Positions 29,618-41,628 of a stretch of 64,000 nucleotides of DNA are shown here, in pieces (position 1 is the stretch's first letter; each line of letters opens with the position of its first letter). The position numbers were made by a program, and so were the translations under genes. The notes under the pieces were generated by a model. It was not told the origin of the DNA and searched no databases. It was given only the letters and a program-made list of their open reading frames with translations. The stretch is from assembly GCA_009103225.1 (NCBI GenBank), contig RHPI01000797.1, positions 1,126,457 to 1,190,456 on the forward strand, in the 5' to 3' direction. Source of the DNA: Chlorokybus atmophyticus (taxonomy: Eukaryota > Plantae > Mesostigma and Chlorokybus algae).

Positions 29618-32600
29618 CTATATCGCGACAGTTAGAACCTCTTGCACGCGCACAATGAGGTCTTGCTTCTTGCCGCTGACGGGCCGCTTGTGCTTGGCAA
29701 GGAAATTCTTGAGCTGGGGCAAGTTGAGATTGGGCAGCTTGCCGGCGGCGTGCTTAGCTCGCACCTGCACACGCTTACATCCCACCGGCTTAGTATGTGA
29801 CCGTGTATGGTTTACCGTCGCGCATGCCACGATGCAGCTTGCCTCAATGTCATTCTGGTCGGCATCAACGTCAGTGGCTTTGGCTCGCACGCGCTTGTTC
29901 TTGGGAGCCTGCATGTTGGTTTGTTAGACAGGTGTGCAACTCAGCTTCACATATGTGCACACGCGCATGCCATGCGCACAGTGCACGTCAAGGTACTGTG
30001 AGCGGCGCCACCGCAATGAGCGATAAGTACCTCAGAGTCTGTTGGATTAGCATCGGCTTTTTGATATAAAGCTTTGCCGCGGGACCTCTTTGCAGCCTTG
30101 GTGTCCTGCCAAAAGATAAGCTCATCATGGTTGTGCAGGAGCAGAACGGCTGGCGACCGGCACCAGGGCATCTTCATCATGTTTATGCTTTCACGAGTAA
30201 AAGGGATCAGACAGGCCGTAACACTTCGCTTCACCTGTATCGGTACATCCTGGGTGGTAGGCTTGTCTGCAACGGGGAGTGTTGGAGCAGTCTGTAAGCG
30301 ACCACGAACAAAATTGCAACATGTTCGCACATCAGCAACAGTCAGCCTCATTGCTGCAATCGAATGAGTGACAGAGATGGGCTATTCACCTTCTCCCCGG
30401 TCGTGTCTGGCCTGAGTATGTCTAGCTCGGCAGTCTCAACTGGAGTTCCTTTGTTCACCTTGTCAGTGAACCACAAGCTCAGAGATTGACAGCATATGTC
30501 AAAGCATTTCAGTGCTGTGGCATGCTGACATACAGTTGCGTCCGCTTGAAGTGGTGCGGCAGCCTGAGTGTGTGCATCTGCAACGCGTCCTTCAGGCCAT
30601 AACCTGTGGTCGCTGGCCTGCACAACACGTCAGCATCAGTGCACGCTGGCAACGATGATCACCACCAAAAACTTGCACATCCCTGTTGAAGGTCATCAGC
30701 AAGGGCACTGTATGCAGGTGTGTTGACAGCATTGAAGTTTACCTCAGTAGCCTCCTGCTGCTGTTCAAGGGCCTTGCGTTCTCCAGCTGTGGATGCTGTA
30801 GTTTTGTGGTTTGGCTTGGGTGTTGCCCTCTTTTTCCCTGAGTCAGCGCCACCTGTCAAACCCACAGCTGGGTTGGCACTGGACGCGACACTGTTGCTGC
30901 CACTGGTGGCACCTGCTGGGGCAGTTGCTGGGAGCAAGGAGTCTGTGTTCGCTTTGCCTTCAGGCATAATTGTTATGGCCTCCTGCTTTTTGCTTCCATC
31001 CTTGACACGAGCTTGCGATGGCTTCCGAGGTGGCTTTGGCTTCGCTTGAGGTGCTACAAGGGCTGCTGCCTGGCTACCTGCTTTGCAGCGGTTATGTCAC
31101 ATGCGAGTGACTGTTATGATGTTTGCAATGGAAGCACGTGCAAACCTGGTACGCTTCCGCTGTTGGGATGCTCTGCAACCTCTTTCTCAGCGTTCTCAAT
31201 AATACCCGGGCCATCGTTAGCAGTGAGCTTCGCAAGGACTGCTTTCTTGCGTCCGCCCAGCACAAGTTTGGAGCTGGCAGGTGTTGCATTCATCTCGGGC
31301 GCCTTTGGTACATGGGTCTTCCTTTTGGCAAACTGAGGCCTGTGCAAGGCCTCTTTCGCTGGGGCTGAGGCATCATCTGGCCTTGGTTCCGCACCAGGCG
31401 CAGACGCTTGTGTGGCTGTTGCTTTCTCCCCTGCATTCGAGTCGACAGCATCTCCCACACTCACAGATCCCCCGGATGCGTCCTCCGAGTGCTTTGGAAG
31501 GGGCAGATCCGCAGGTTTGGAAGGCTTGTCTGGTCCTGCACCACGTTGTCAAATCACGTGGAGGGGGAGTCTTGGAGACCCTGTTACTGCGTTGTGCTCG
31601 ATGTACTTCGCATTGTGCACACGCTGTCATCACCTCTGCTGGCAGGCAGCAGGACTCGCAGAAAGCTTGCAAACAGAAGTTGTATTCTGATTGTGCCTTG
31701 CCTTGTGCAGACATTAGGTTGGGCAGTACGTCAGACTGAAGTGTCGCGTTGTTCTTAATGGCAGTCGCTTTGGTAAAACCTACTTTGGTTGTCAATGCTG
31801 GCGGCAACTCATGCTGCCCTGAGACTTCCTCCTACGGCGATAGTTTATGATTGAGCACCCGTCAAACTCTAACGTCAATGCACGCAGAGCGCTCTTGCAA
31901 CTGAAGGTCACTCGCACTCACTTGGAATAGCAGAGGGCCCCAACGTGCTAGCTGTACCACTGCACAGGGTGAAGACATGATCAGCGACATGTGTCGAGTT
32001 GAGATGTTGATGGGAAATAGTTCTGCATTTCATACAGTGCGCACCTTGTCAATGCATCATAACGCTACAACGCACCTCGCAAGTCGGTCAGCAACTGCTC
32101 CAGGATGGCTGTTGTGGATGCCCGTGCACGATGCGGTTGCTCGGGCCGAAGCCCAGGTGCAGACAGGACAGCACACTGCGGACAGCTGTCAGAGATTACA
32201 CGCATCAGAGCTCTATGCAACACTCCTCCAGGAACACAGCAACTCGAGACCTTTGGAATGCATGAGTGCCGCTTACATCAACACCCTCATTGGAGACTTC
32301 ACTACAAGGAAAGGCTCCAAGTCCGCGGGGAGTTTCATAGCATGCTACCAAAAAGTGTCAGCAAAGCTGATACTTCGTTGGACATTGCGGTTTCACATGG
32401 CAGGAAGCCTAACCTCTCTCTCAAACTTCTTGCGCATATCAGGAGCAAGTTTCTTCCAGACTGAGTCGTTCTGCAAGCACTCTTGCTTGCAGAGCCCTGC
32501 CAGGCTCGGTAAGTACCGTACAGTTATCACAATGGCCCACTGTGTGAGCAAATTTCCGGGGACTTGCATAACTCCTCATAATGGCAGCGTGTAGATGTGC

Positions 32601-34500
32601 TCTTCCAGTGCATGACAGGTAATAGTAGTAATAGTAGCGCACCCGTAACAACGCCTGCTTCAAGAGAGGGCAGGACAACGCAGCGTAGATCCGCCATCTG
32701 TTCCCCAGTAAGCTGTCGCGCCCATCGCTCCTCTTGCAAGTTCAGGCGCCCTTTGCTCTCAAACTCCGCTTGCATGGCGGCGGACAGTATGTCAAAGACC
32801 TGCATGACGTGCTCATTGTTGTGCGTTGCAAGTTGCATGACGCACCCGGTGCACTTGGGGCTAAGTGATGAGGGCCTCATTACTTATCCCCAAGACCATA
32901 CCTTGGTGAGGCGGAGCGTCACACGTTCTGCCTCCAGGCACAAGACCACATGCTTGTCATGAGACAAGTGCAGCTCCTAATTACAAGTTGTTATCTTTTG
33001 CAACAACAAACTCACAGGCAGCTGAAGTTACAGGTCTGTCTGCAGCTCACCCATGCCGTTGTGTCCAGGTGGCCAGTAGTCTTCGCTTGCGATAGGAGGT
33101 CTCCCCATGCAAGGCGGCCATCAGACAATTGATGCCAACCTTTTGGGTGCAGGCCGGCTGCGATGGCATGTCGAAATGCTCGCTCAAGCGTGATGCAACT
33201 GGCAGGGTCCTCATCACAATCCGCTTGCAACGCAAACTGCAGAAGCCAGCAGCCGTCAGTAATCAGATATACACTCTTGCGCCATGCCATATTGGTCTGT
33301 CACCTTGAGCTTTTGGTCTTCTTTCAACTTGGCAAGACGCTTGCATATAAGTCGTTTTTGAGTAGACTGCGCACATTTTGGAACGAGTGGGTGAGGAAGC
33401 CTGCAGTAACTTATTGTTGAACATGCAAACAGCAAGACATGTGAGCTGCAAGCGCGAAATCAATACAAGCGCATGGAACAGTATCAAAGGAGAGCTAATT
33501 TACTTACCTCACAAACAATGCGGATGATGTTGTCTGTGCTCGATGGCACCACTATAGCACCACTTCTGAAGGTGTCCGCCAACTTGTTGCGGAGGGCCTC
33601 ACTAGGTTGGTCGCTTGTGAGGGAAGCAGGTTGTAATTCTTGCAAGCACAGGGCTTCGTCCGTGTTGTCTTCGTCACCTTGGCCAGGTCTCTTCGTCCAC
33701 CACCTACAAATCAGTCCTGGATTTTGTGCATTATGTTGACAATTGCTGGTTCGTCGCTGTAACTAAGTGCCATTATGCTGGCTTTTACGTGTTTTGAAGT
33801 TGACATCACGTGTGCTACGCACGGCTAGAGCAGCTTGCCTGTCTGCTGCAGGCAGTGCGCCAACTGTTTCAGCTGCTTTTTGAGAGGCCGGCACTTGCGC
33901 GGATAGTTTGGAGGTAGGGAGCACTGCCACTGTGCAGAGCTCGCTGCAACCTACACCGAGCTGTGCCACGAAGATGGTTTGCTTGCTACCCGCCATGTGA
34001 GCATGCGGTAAGACGCAGACAAAGGCGCCTGCCCATGTCAGCGAGCAGCTTTGGTTCACAAGATCAGCAATTTCAAGCTCAGCAGCATGCTCTCCCACCA
34101 TACGACATGATGTTGGTGGCAAACAAGTAGTGGCGGTGGTGGTGGTGGTGGTGGTGGTGCACTCAACGTTGACTTGACAGTATATACTGCGCTAGGCCTA
34201 CATAAGAAGCACGAGTGCACAGGCTTGAACAGGTTGTAGAGCAATCCATCCGTAGAGTCCCGCATTGCATGAGTGAAGCAAGCAATCAGTTGAAACATAG
34301 GCAAGCTGCCAAGCAACCTGCAGGCAAAATTTGCGCTGAGCGTGCCACCTGCTGCTTCATGCTCTAGGCAGCAGCAATGCTGCTTCTCTCTGCGGGCGTG
34401 GGCCTTACCTGCCTCTGTGCAAGCAGTTCCGCGCTGTCCTTGGCGAGGACGCCCTACCACAGCAACCTTCAAGTCGCACAACTATCTATTGCAGTTGCGC
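29618..34500 (-). CDS. Multi-exon gene of unknown family with a C-terminal SAP DNA-binding motif. 5' end uncertain.
   Basis: Last exon gives KHAAGKLPNLNLPQLKNFLAKHKRPVSGKKQDLIVRVQEVL (SAP pattern LxxLxxxxLKxFLxxxxxxVSGKKxxLIxRV) and ends TAG at 29618. Upstream spliceable exons include VFDILSAAMQAEFESKGRLNLQEERWARQL, FALQADCDEDPASCITLERAFRHAIAAG, YLPSLAGLCKQECLQNDSVWKKLAPDMRKKFERE, a K/P/A-rich low-complexity exon (31550-31130) and GLKDALQMHTLRLPHHFKRTQLLWFTDKV. Confidence 0.6.
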
Positions 34501-35566
34501 CAACGCCAGGCCTCCTTGACAGCCAAGCTCCACCCGCTAGTACAGCCTCTGCCGCTGGTAAGCTGAAGCTGTGCTCAGCACGCTCCACGCCTGCTTGAGC
34601 GCAAGCCTTACTATGCGCACATTGCTTGCAAGAGCTTCCCAGCCCTGCTTGGCTTAGAGCATGCCTTGCAGCATGACTTGCAGCACTGCTGAAGCTGAGC
34701 TGAGCTGAGCTGAGCTCATGCCTTGCTTGCAGCGCAGGCGTCACGCGTGTGCATGGTGCGCTGCGGCAAGGGGCAGCATGCATGTTATGGCTTTGTGAAC
34801 ATGCAAAGCACACAAGGCAACATTATCTTTGGTGATTAAAACAACCATACATGATTATGCTTGGTGAAGTTATGTTCCTCTCGTCGATTATCAAAGTGGA
34901 CATGCTGTTCAACGAATCATGACGTTGCATCATCATTCGTTGAACATCATGTCAACTTTGTAATGCACACGCACTTCGACGTTACACCGCATGAATGCTT
35001 ATGCGCTTTATATCACGTATCTATTACCACTATGCAATTTTGTCATGTTAAATTGCATCTGTGTAATGTACAACTTGTATGGAGGGTATATGTGTTACAT
35101 TCAGGGTTTATGACCCCATTTGCGTTTCACACAAATCATGCATTTACAATCAAATGTATTAAACAAATTCAAATGTATTAAACAAAATATGATGCATTGC
35201 TTCTCAATTATGCGGTTTTTTTCTATATGAGTAATACTCACATGCTCGTAAAAACCTATAGCATAGATTCTCCTACATGTGATTCTTCTTCCATCATGTG
35301 CAGTTTATCAGCCACCAGCATGGTTATTGAAGGGAAAGTCTGTGACCTTGAGGAGCAACAAACCACCCTGGAAAACCCCAAAGCTATGAAGCGGAAAAGA
35401 CGAACCCAAACGCGCTCGGGACAACGCCCCGTACTGTGCTTTCCGCATTCAGGACCAGTGTGCTTGTCGGCAGTGTGGCCACCATCGGCGGTATCGTCGT
35501 GGCGATGCTTATCCTCTCCGGCCGGGCGGCTGCCTGTTATGCCTCTCTACTTCACAGTCATCTCTG

Positions 35567-38288
35567 ATGATGGCTCCCGAGGTGCGGCTCTACCTGCAGC
35601 GGCGCACCACCAGCGCACAAGGGGAGCAGGACCAGAGGAAGGATGAGGAGGCGGCAGCGGAAAAGCGGAGCCCCGTTGTTCTCAGGGTGGAGGATACGCT
35701 CAAGAAGCTTCTGTTGCATGACAGGCAGGTCACACACTCAGCAGGCATTAGGAAACCAGCATAATGAAGTTGCAGCGTGACAGCCAGTTTTGCCAACCTT
35801 GGTGTTGAACTCAAAACTTGCTTGGTCGAGTGCATGCTTGCTTGTTGATTGCAATTATACAATGGATCGGCGATTCTGAGTTGGTTTTGGATGCCGTAGG
35901 CACTCTGGGTTGCAGCAACAGTGTTGACTTTAAGGCAGCATTTGTTTGTAGTACTGCTTGTGAATGAATGTTTGCAGCATTGCTGCATTCTGCTGCCAAC
36001 GCTAAACATCGTTCACTTGTCATTGGTTGATTTACAGTTGCATAGCAGCTTTGGTACAGCCCATATGCGACACTTTGGCTCAAAGCTTGCATGCTCATTA
36101 ACCCATGACGAGCGAGTGTCGCGGTGGCCATTTGATCTACTACTCTCTCAGTGACCAGTTGTCTGTGCATGCAGATCAAACGCGCGGCAGGCGGCAGCGT
36201 GGCTTGCAGCCGCTGCGGGCACAGCCGCTTCATCCACAACCAAGGCTTCCTCCTCTTCCCCATTCCTCTCGCTTCTTCCTGAAAGGCTTGGCAAAATCAC
36301 TTCCGAAAGACAAGCCTTTTGCAGACAGGCACGTACCCGAGTTATCACACGATTGTTTCATGCAAGCTTTGAGTGAAAAGCAAACTCGATTGTGCACACA
36401 GGTGATCAGGATGTTGCTTCAGTACCGGCCGAAAGCAGCGGGGCGTCTGCTGGCGGAGAGGCCCGAGGCGGTGCGGGGGTTCTTCCGAGCAGAGGATGTG
36501 ATGACTGCGGACGCTCCTCCTAACTCGACTTTGCAACAGCAGCGGCGGGTAACGCTGTTCTTCCAGCACTTCTCTATGAACGGGGACTTCCGGCACGGGG
36601 CCCGCGCCCTCTCTCGCTACGCGCTTAAGCACAGGTGAGGTGGGGTGCGTAGTAATACAACAACTCCACAACGTCAAGTAAAGCACATCAGCTGCTATAA
36701 TTGCAATGTCACTTGAACATCGGCTGTCCGTACAGGGCTGACCAACATGGACACACTGTGTGTGCATCGTGCACTACAATCAGGTCTCGAAAGTTATTTG
36801 TCTTGATGACTCAACCATCTCTTTGTTTCAGGGATCGGTGCTGGGGTGAGCTTGTGTGGGAGGGAGCGCACGCGCAGTCGCCGGTCATGGTCGCAGCCAA
36901 ACCCCACTATTTCCTCGAGCTTGACATTGTACGCCTCAACAATACTGATGCGTGTCAACATTACTTGTCACCTCTCATGGCGCACATGCGACAGGTCAGG
37001 ACTGTGAGGAACTTTCTGGCGCGCGTGCCTGAGTTTTGGGAGAGTGCGGAGCTCCGAGAGGAGATCCTCACTGGCGATATTATCGCTTTAGACTATGACT
37101 ACTTTGTGGCAGAGTTCGATCGGTGAGACAACACGCAGCACATGCCCTGCTGACATTGCATTACTTACACACGTTTATAAGGGGTTGATGGCCGCTGCTG
37201 CAGGTGGCTTGCAGCGGCTGATGATGTTGAGGAGGACGATTTCTACTTGCGCCGCGCTTACGAGCGTCGCTTTGAAGAGCTCGTTCGCGAGTTAGAAGAC
37301 TACTTAGCTGAGGTATTGGTTCAGTTGCTTCTCCACCTCAAGCACTAATCGCTCATATTGTGCTCTTGTTCTGCATGCAGGAGAGCTTGCAGTCTCTTTG
37401 CACGCAACTGTTCCCGTTCCTTTCGCCCAAGGACACCCTGCGTGTCTTGCAAGGCCTCGTCCCCCACAATGAGAGTCGCTCGGCTGCTGTAGACACAGCG
37501 CTCTTTGGTCGCAACGCTCCCAAAGAAGACCTTCAAGAGATTACCTTCCTGTGCGCCATATCCAAACAAGGCCGTCAGGTGATAATCCAATCAAACCTGT
37601 TTATGTGGAGGCTTCCAGCTTCTCTGCGTGGGCTAATGAGCTGTTATGTGGCGCCCTCAGGTGGCCAAGCTTTTGCAGGAGGATGAGTACGAGGAGCTGC
37701 GTGCGGAAGTTAAACAGGCCGCGCAAACACTTGCCAGCTGTTCTGCTGCGGAGGATGAGGCCGGCCATTGGCACGTGCGAAGGCAGTACGCCAGAGCTCT
37801 AAAGGACAAGAGGACTGAACCCAGGGTGGATGTACTGCGCCATCTATTTGCTGAGGTACACATGAATACACACATGTGTTTACGTTTGCTGTGGTGTTCC
37901 AGTTAGTGTTAATCTGTCAACTATTTGCTTTTGTCCTGAGTAGGGTTGGCTGCTGAGATGGAGGCTTTATCAACTGCAACGAGAAGGGCTGGAAGAAGTT
38001 ATGCGCGGCAGTGGCATTGAGTATCAGCTTCAAGGGTCGGAACACAAGGAGCTCACGAAAGACCGCAAGCGGAGAAGGAAAGAGCGCAAATCCAAGAAGA
38101 GGAAAAATCGAGCGCGATACAGGGACAGCAGTAGTAGCGATGACAGTGATGGGCGCAAAGAGGCGGGTGAGTTTGCTGGATGGAAGTTGCAGAGTGATGG
38201 ATTCGCTTACACATGGAGCCCAAGTGAGCTGCCAGACTATCTTGCGGATCATGCTCTGTCATGTTGGCTCGCATCAACACCTCGTTGA
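35567..38288 (+). CDS. Conserved green-lineage protein of unknown function, Arabidopsis At5g48340-like, 9 exons
   Basis: Exons 35567-35724, 36175-36328, 36402-36634, 36832-36928, 36995-37122, 37204-37312, 37381-37578, 37661-37855, 37944-38288. HGARALSRYALKHRDRCWGELVWEGAHAQSPVMVAAKPHYFLELDIVRTVRNFLARVPEFWES and C-terminal WKLQSDGFAYTWSPSELPDYLA match recalled At5g48340 (RGAKALAQFAFANRDICWEELEWRGKHGQSPAVVATKPHY; WLLSTDGFSATWTSVDLPEYIA). Lys/Arg-rich NLS-like tract near the C-terminus. Confidence 0.85.
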
Positions 38289-38512
38289 TTAGCCATTGAG
38301 TTCAACCTGATTGCAGTGCACGAATGGTATGTTACAGTGTGGTAGCAAGCTAGACTTTATTAGGTGCATTGATAGTAATGAGGCTAGTGTTACTGGCTAG
38401 GAGGGTAGTCGCGAGTTGCGTAATGTAGGCTACTGCTGTTGAGGAGACTTTCAGGTATCTGGTACATCGCCTTCGTATTGCACACCTGCACAAGTTGCCC
38501 ACTGTGTGTGAG

Positions 38513-41385
38513 TTACACGGTCACAAATTGGGTTGCTGCATTGCACGCAGCAGTGTTGCTTGCCTCAGGTTCCCAATCAGAGGGGCGCCACAGCGCTTCC
38601 AGTGACGGCTTGGCTTCCAAAGATGCCACCCACTTGGGATGCAGCTGCTTGCCAATCACCCTGCCAACGCACCATATAAGCTTCATGCGCAACACATGCC
38701 ACATGGTGTGTCTATGCAATGCAGCCACGTACTTGGGAGCCCAGAGCGGTTGAACCTCCTCAATGGGCTTCAGCTCGACGTACGGTCCAGCGGCGCGGCT
38801 GGCAGCGGTAGCGGCAGCGACGGACGCTGCGGGGCCAACCGCCTGCAGCGCAGCCGCCCTGTCAAATTCCTCCGCAGCAGCGCGCTGCAGTCGCGCGGCC
38901 ACCCGTGCGGACGACAGCACGCCAGGCTGTGCACACGGCGCCGGTTGCACGCTGGCTGCATCCATGTCAGTTGATTGTGCAATGCTGTTACTTATACTCT
39001 CCTCCTCGGGTATGCCCGGCAACGCACCCGCTGCCTGACTAGGTTCAATGAGTGCTCTCTCACTTGCTATGTTGGTCTGTACCGCAGCACCATCACCGGC
39101 TGAGAGCGGGTTCACTTGAGCGTGTGCCTTGCGCGCAACAGCGGGTTTGGGTATCCGTGTGGGTGGCAGCGGCTGTGCGGGCTGGTGGTCCCTCTGCTGT
39201 AGCTGCTGCTGCTGTAACGAGCTCGCCAGCGCCACAGCAGCTTCATGAGCCACACGCAGTTTCGCGGGGACCCTTTGCGGGACCGGATTGTCATCCTCAT
39301 TGCGGCCGCCGCCATCATCATCACCACCCTCATCGTGTCTCACAACAGAGCCTTGCTGTTGGTTATCCGCGCCGCCATCATCATTGGGTGTTGAGGCCAC
39401 CTCAATGAGCTCCTCATCGCGCACGACGCGCAGCGGTCCCGTCCTCGTGCACACGAGCAATAGCTCCGCGGCGGGTGAGGGCTTGCGAACGGGCACGGCG
39501 TCGCTGTACGCGCAGTGCACGACCCCTCCCTCGCGACGGAACTCAAAGCACTTTGCCGGCCGCTTCTCAGTCAAGCAGTGCAGCTGCAGCAGGCCAGTGG
39601 AATAGGCGACGGCTAGCAGAGCGCCGTCCTTGCGCAGCGCCAACCCTGCAAGCACCTGCCTAGGCTTGCTACTGTTGTCGGGTAATGCGGGCTGGCTCCA
39701 AAGCAGCTGGGAGCTCTGCTTGTTATTGTTGTTGGTGGTGGTGGTGGGAATGGACCACAACTGCACAGCGCCACTCAGGAACCCAACCGCGATCAGGCTC
39801 GAATCCACACCTGTAAGAGAAGAACGCGCTGAGGCTAATGACAACGACACCCAAGCATGTTTGTGGCAAACACACTCACTGACTTTGACGCAAGTGACAG
39901 CCCTTGAAGGACTTACTTGTTGTTGGGTCGGAGTGATGAGGCGAGCACGTGCTCATGCACAAAACCGCAGTGCCGTCATTTTTCTCAGCAACGGTATGCT
40001 GCAGTTGCAACGAGGGCACGCCGTCATCGGCCTCGAGATACAGCTCGTGGGCCTCGTCCGGCACACGCCACAGCCGCACGGACCCGTCCTTGTGGCCCGT
40101 GACGAGCGTGTCCACAAGCACGTTGTCATCACCATCCTCATCATCATGTCTTCTTCTCTCAAAGGCGACGGCCGTGACGGCTTCTTCTGCCGGGAGTGCG
40201 GTGATGGCGGCGAGGGCGCCATCGGTGAGGCGCCACAGCAGCAGGGAGCCGTCCTCGCCGGCGCTCGCGGCAAGCAGGCCGTCCGGCGCGACCGCAAATG
40301 CCGCGATGGCTGACGCGTGCGAACCAAGCTGGTAAACCTGGCTGAACCCCGATGACGGGTCTCTGCGCCCAACATCCCCCCTGTGCACATGTGCGCATGT
40401 GTGCGTGCAGGCGTGTGTGCGTCTGCTTCTGATAATACACTACATATTGCAAACATCAGTGAGCCAGGATGAGTGGTTGTTGTACCTGTGCAGTGCGTCC
40501 TGGTCGTTGGGATGGAAGCGGAATGCGGCCCTGTCCTGTTCGGGCAGTCGCACGTACAGCAGCTTCTCGGACACCTCCAGTACAAACAGCAGCTCTCCGG
40601 GCCTTCCGGGCACCATCTCCACCTGCGTGTGCAAACAATCTTGGGCAATCGACAATCATGCATACTCCTGCATCTGCATGCGTGTGTGCCCCTATATGGC
40701 CATGCACAATTCCATATAAGCAAACGGCGATGAAGTGCATCTGCGTTGCGGAGAAGGTTCAAGGCTGAACATGCCCGCTCGTGACTGACTGCAGTGCTGT
40801 TTTTCTGCCGCTGTCGCTTAGACAACAGGTAAAAATGCCCAGTTAATAACAGTTCCAGCCGTGCCCATTCCATTTGCAGAACATGCGCGGAGTTACAGAA
40901 AATGTGATGACACCAGATGTTGGCTCGTATTGCATGCGTTCATTACTCGTGGGCCAAAGATTTCAACTTGTTATGGTGTGACTTGATTGACGAAGCCGCC
41001 GGAGTTCGTTGTAAAATGAAAGAAGTTGATTTTGCTCGCTGTGGGCATTTAAATCATGCACCTGCCGCCATGTCTTTCCCACGGGCACCAGCTGCTTCTC
41101 CTCCCCCTCCCCTTCCCCGTCATCCTCCTCGCCGACTGTCCTCCCCTTGCGTCGTCGTCGTCGGCACAGCTGGAACCGTCTTGCTGTGGTCTCTCCCCTG
41201 GCGAGGTCGCAGCTCCGGATCTCCCCGCCCCTTCCCGCAAGCAGCACGTGGCAGACGTCGTTGGGGTCCCAACCACCGCAAACAGACGACCGCGGGGCGT
41301 CCTCCTCAGGGACGTCGTTGTCGTTGTCGTTGTTGGGGTCGCCTCCTCCTCCGCGCAGCAGGCGCACCACCAGGCTGCCCCGCAT
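38513..41385 (-). CDS. WD40-repeat protein with a long low-complexity C-terminal region, family unassigned
   Basis: WD-type segments HASAIAAFAVAPDGLLAASAGEDGSLLLWRL, LVTGHKDGSVRLWRV, LIAVGFLSGAVQLWS, LAGLALRKDGALLAVAYSTGLLQLH. The internal exon structure at 41060-40650 is not resolved. Confidence 0.7.
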
Positions 41386-41628
41386 GCCTGGTCCCTCATG
41401 CCCGCCGCCCCCTTGCCGCCGACCACGCCGCTGACCACACACTGTGGTTTTCCCGCCGAAGTGTGTGTGTTTGAAAAACTAAACCTAAACCCAGCCCTAA
41501 ACCCAACACGTCGTCCGGTATGCGAATGAATGCTGTGGCTTGTTGTGCTTTTACTTGTAGTCAGGTGTCAGGTGGTAGGCAGGCCGGTATGGCTTGGCGG
41601 CGGGGCGTCGCTGGCGAAGCAGCTGACG

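Noticed and set aside
29618-30600. Ku70 assignment for the SAP gene
   Set aside because: No Ku beta-barrel or N-terminal vWA in the expected order. Only the SAP motif is similar.
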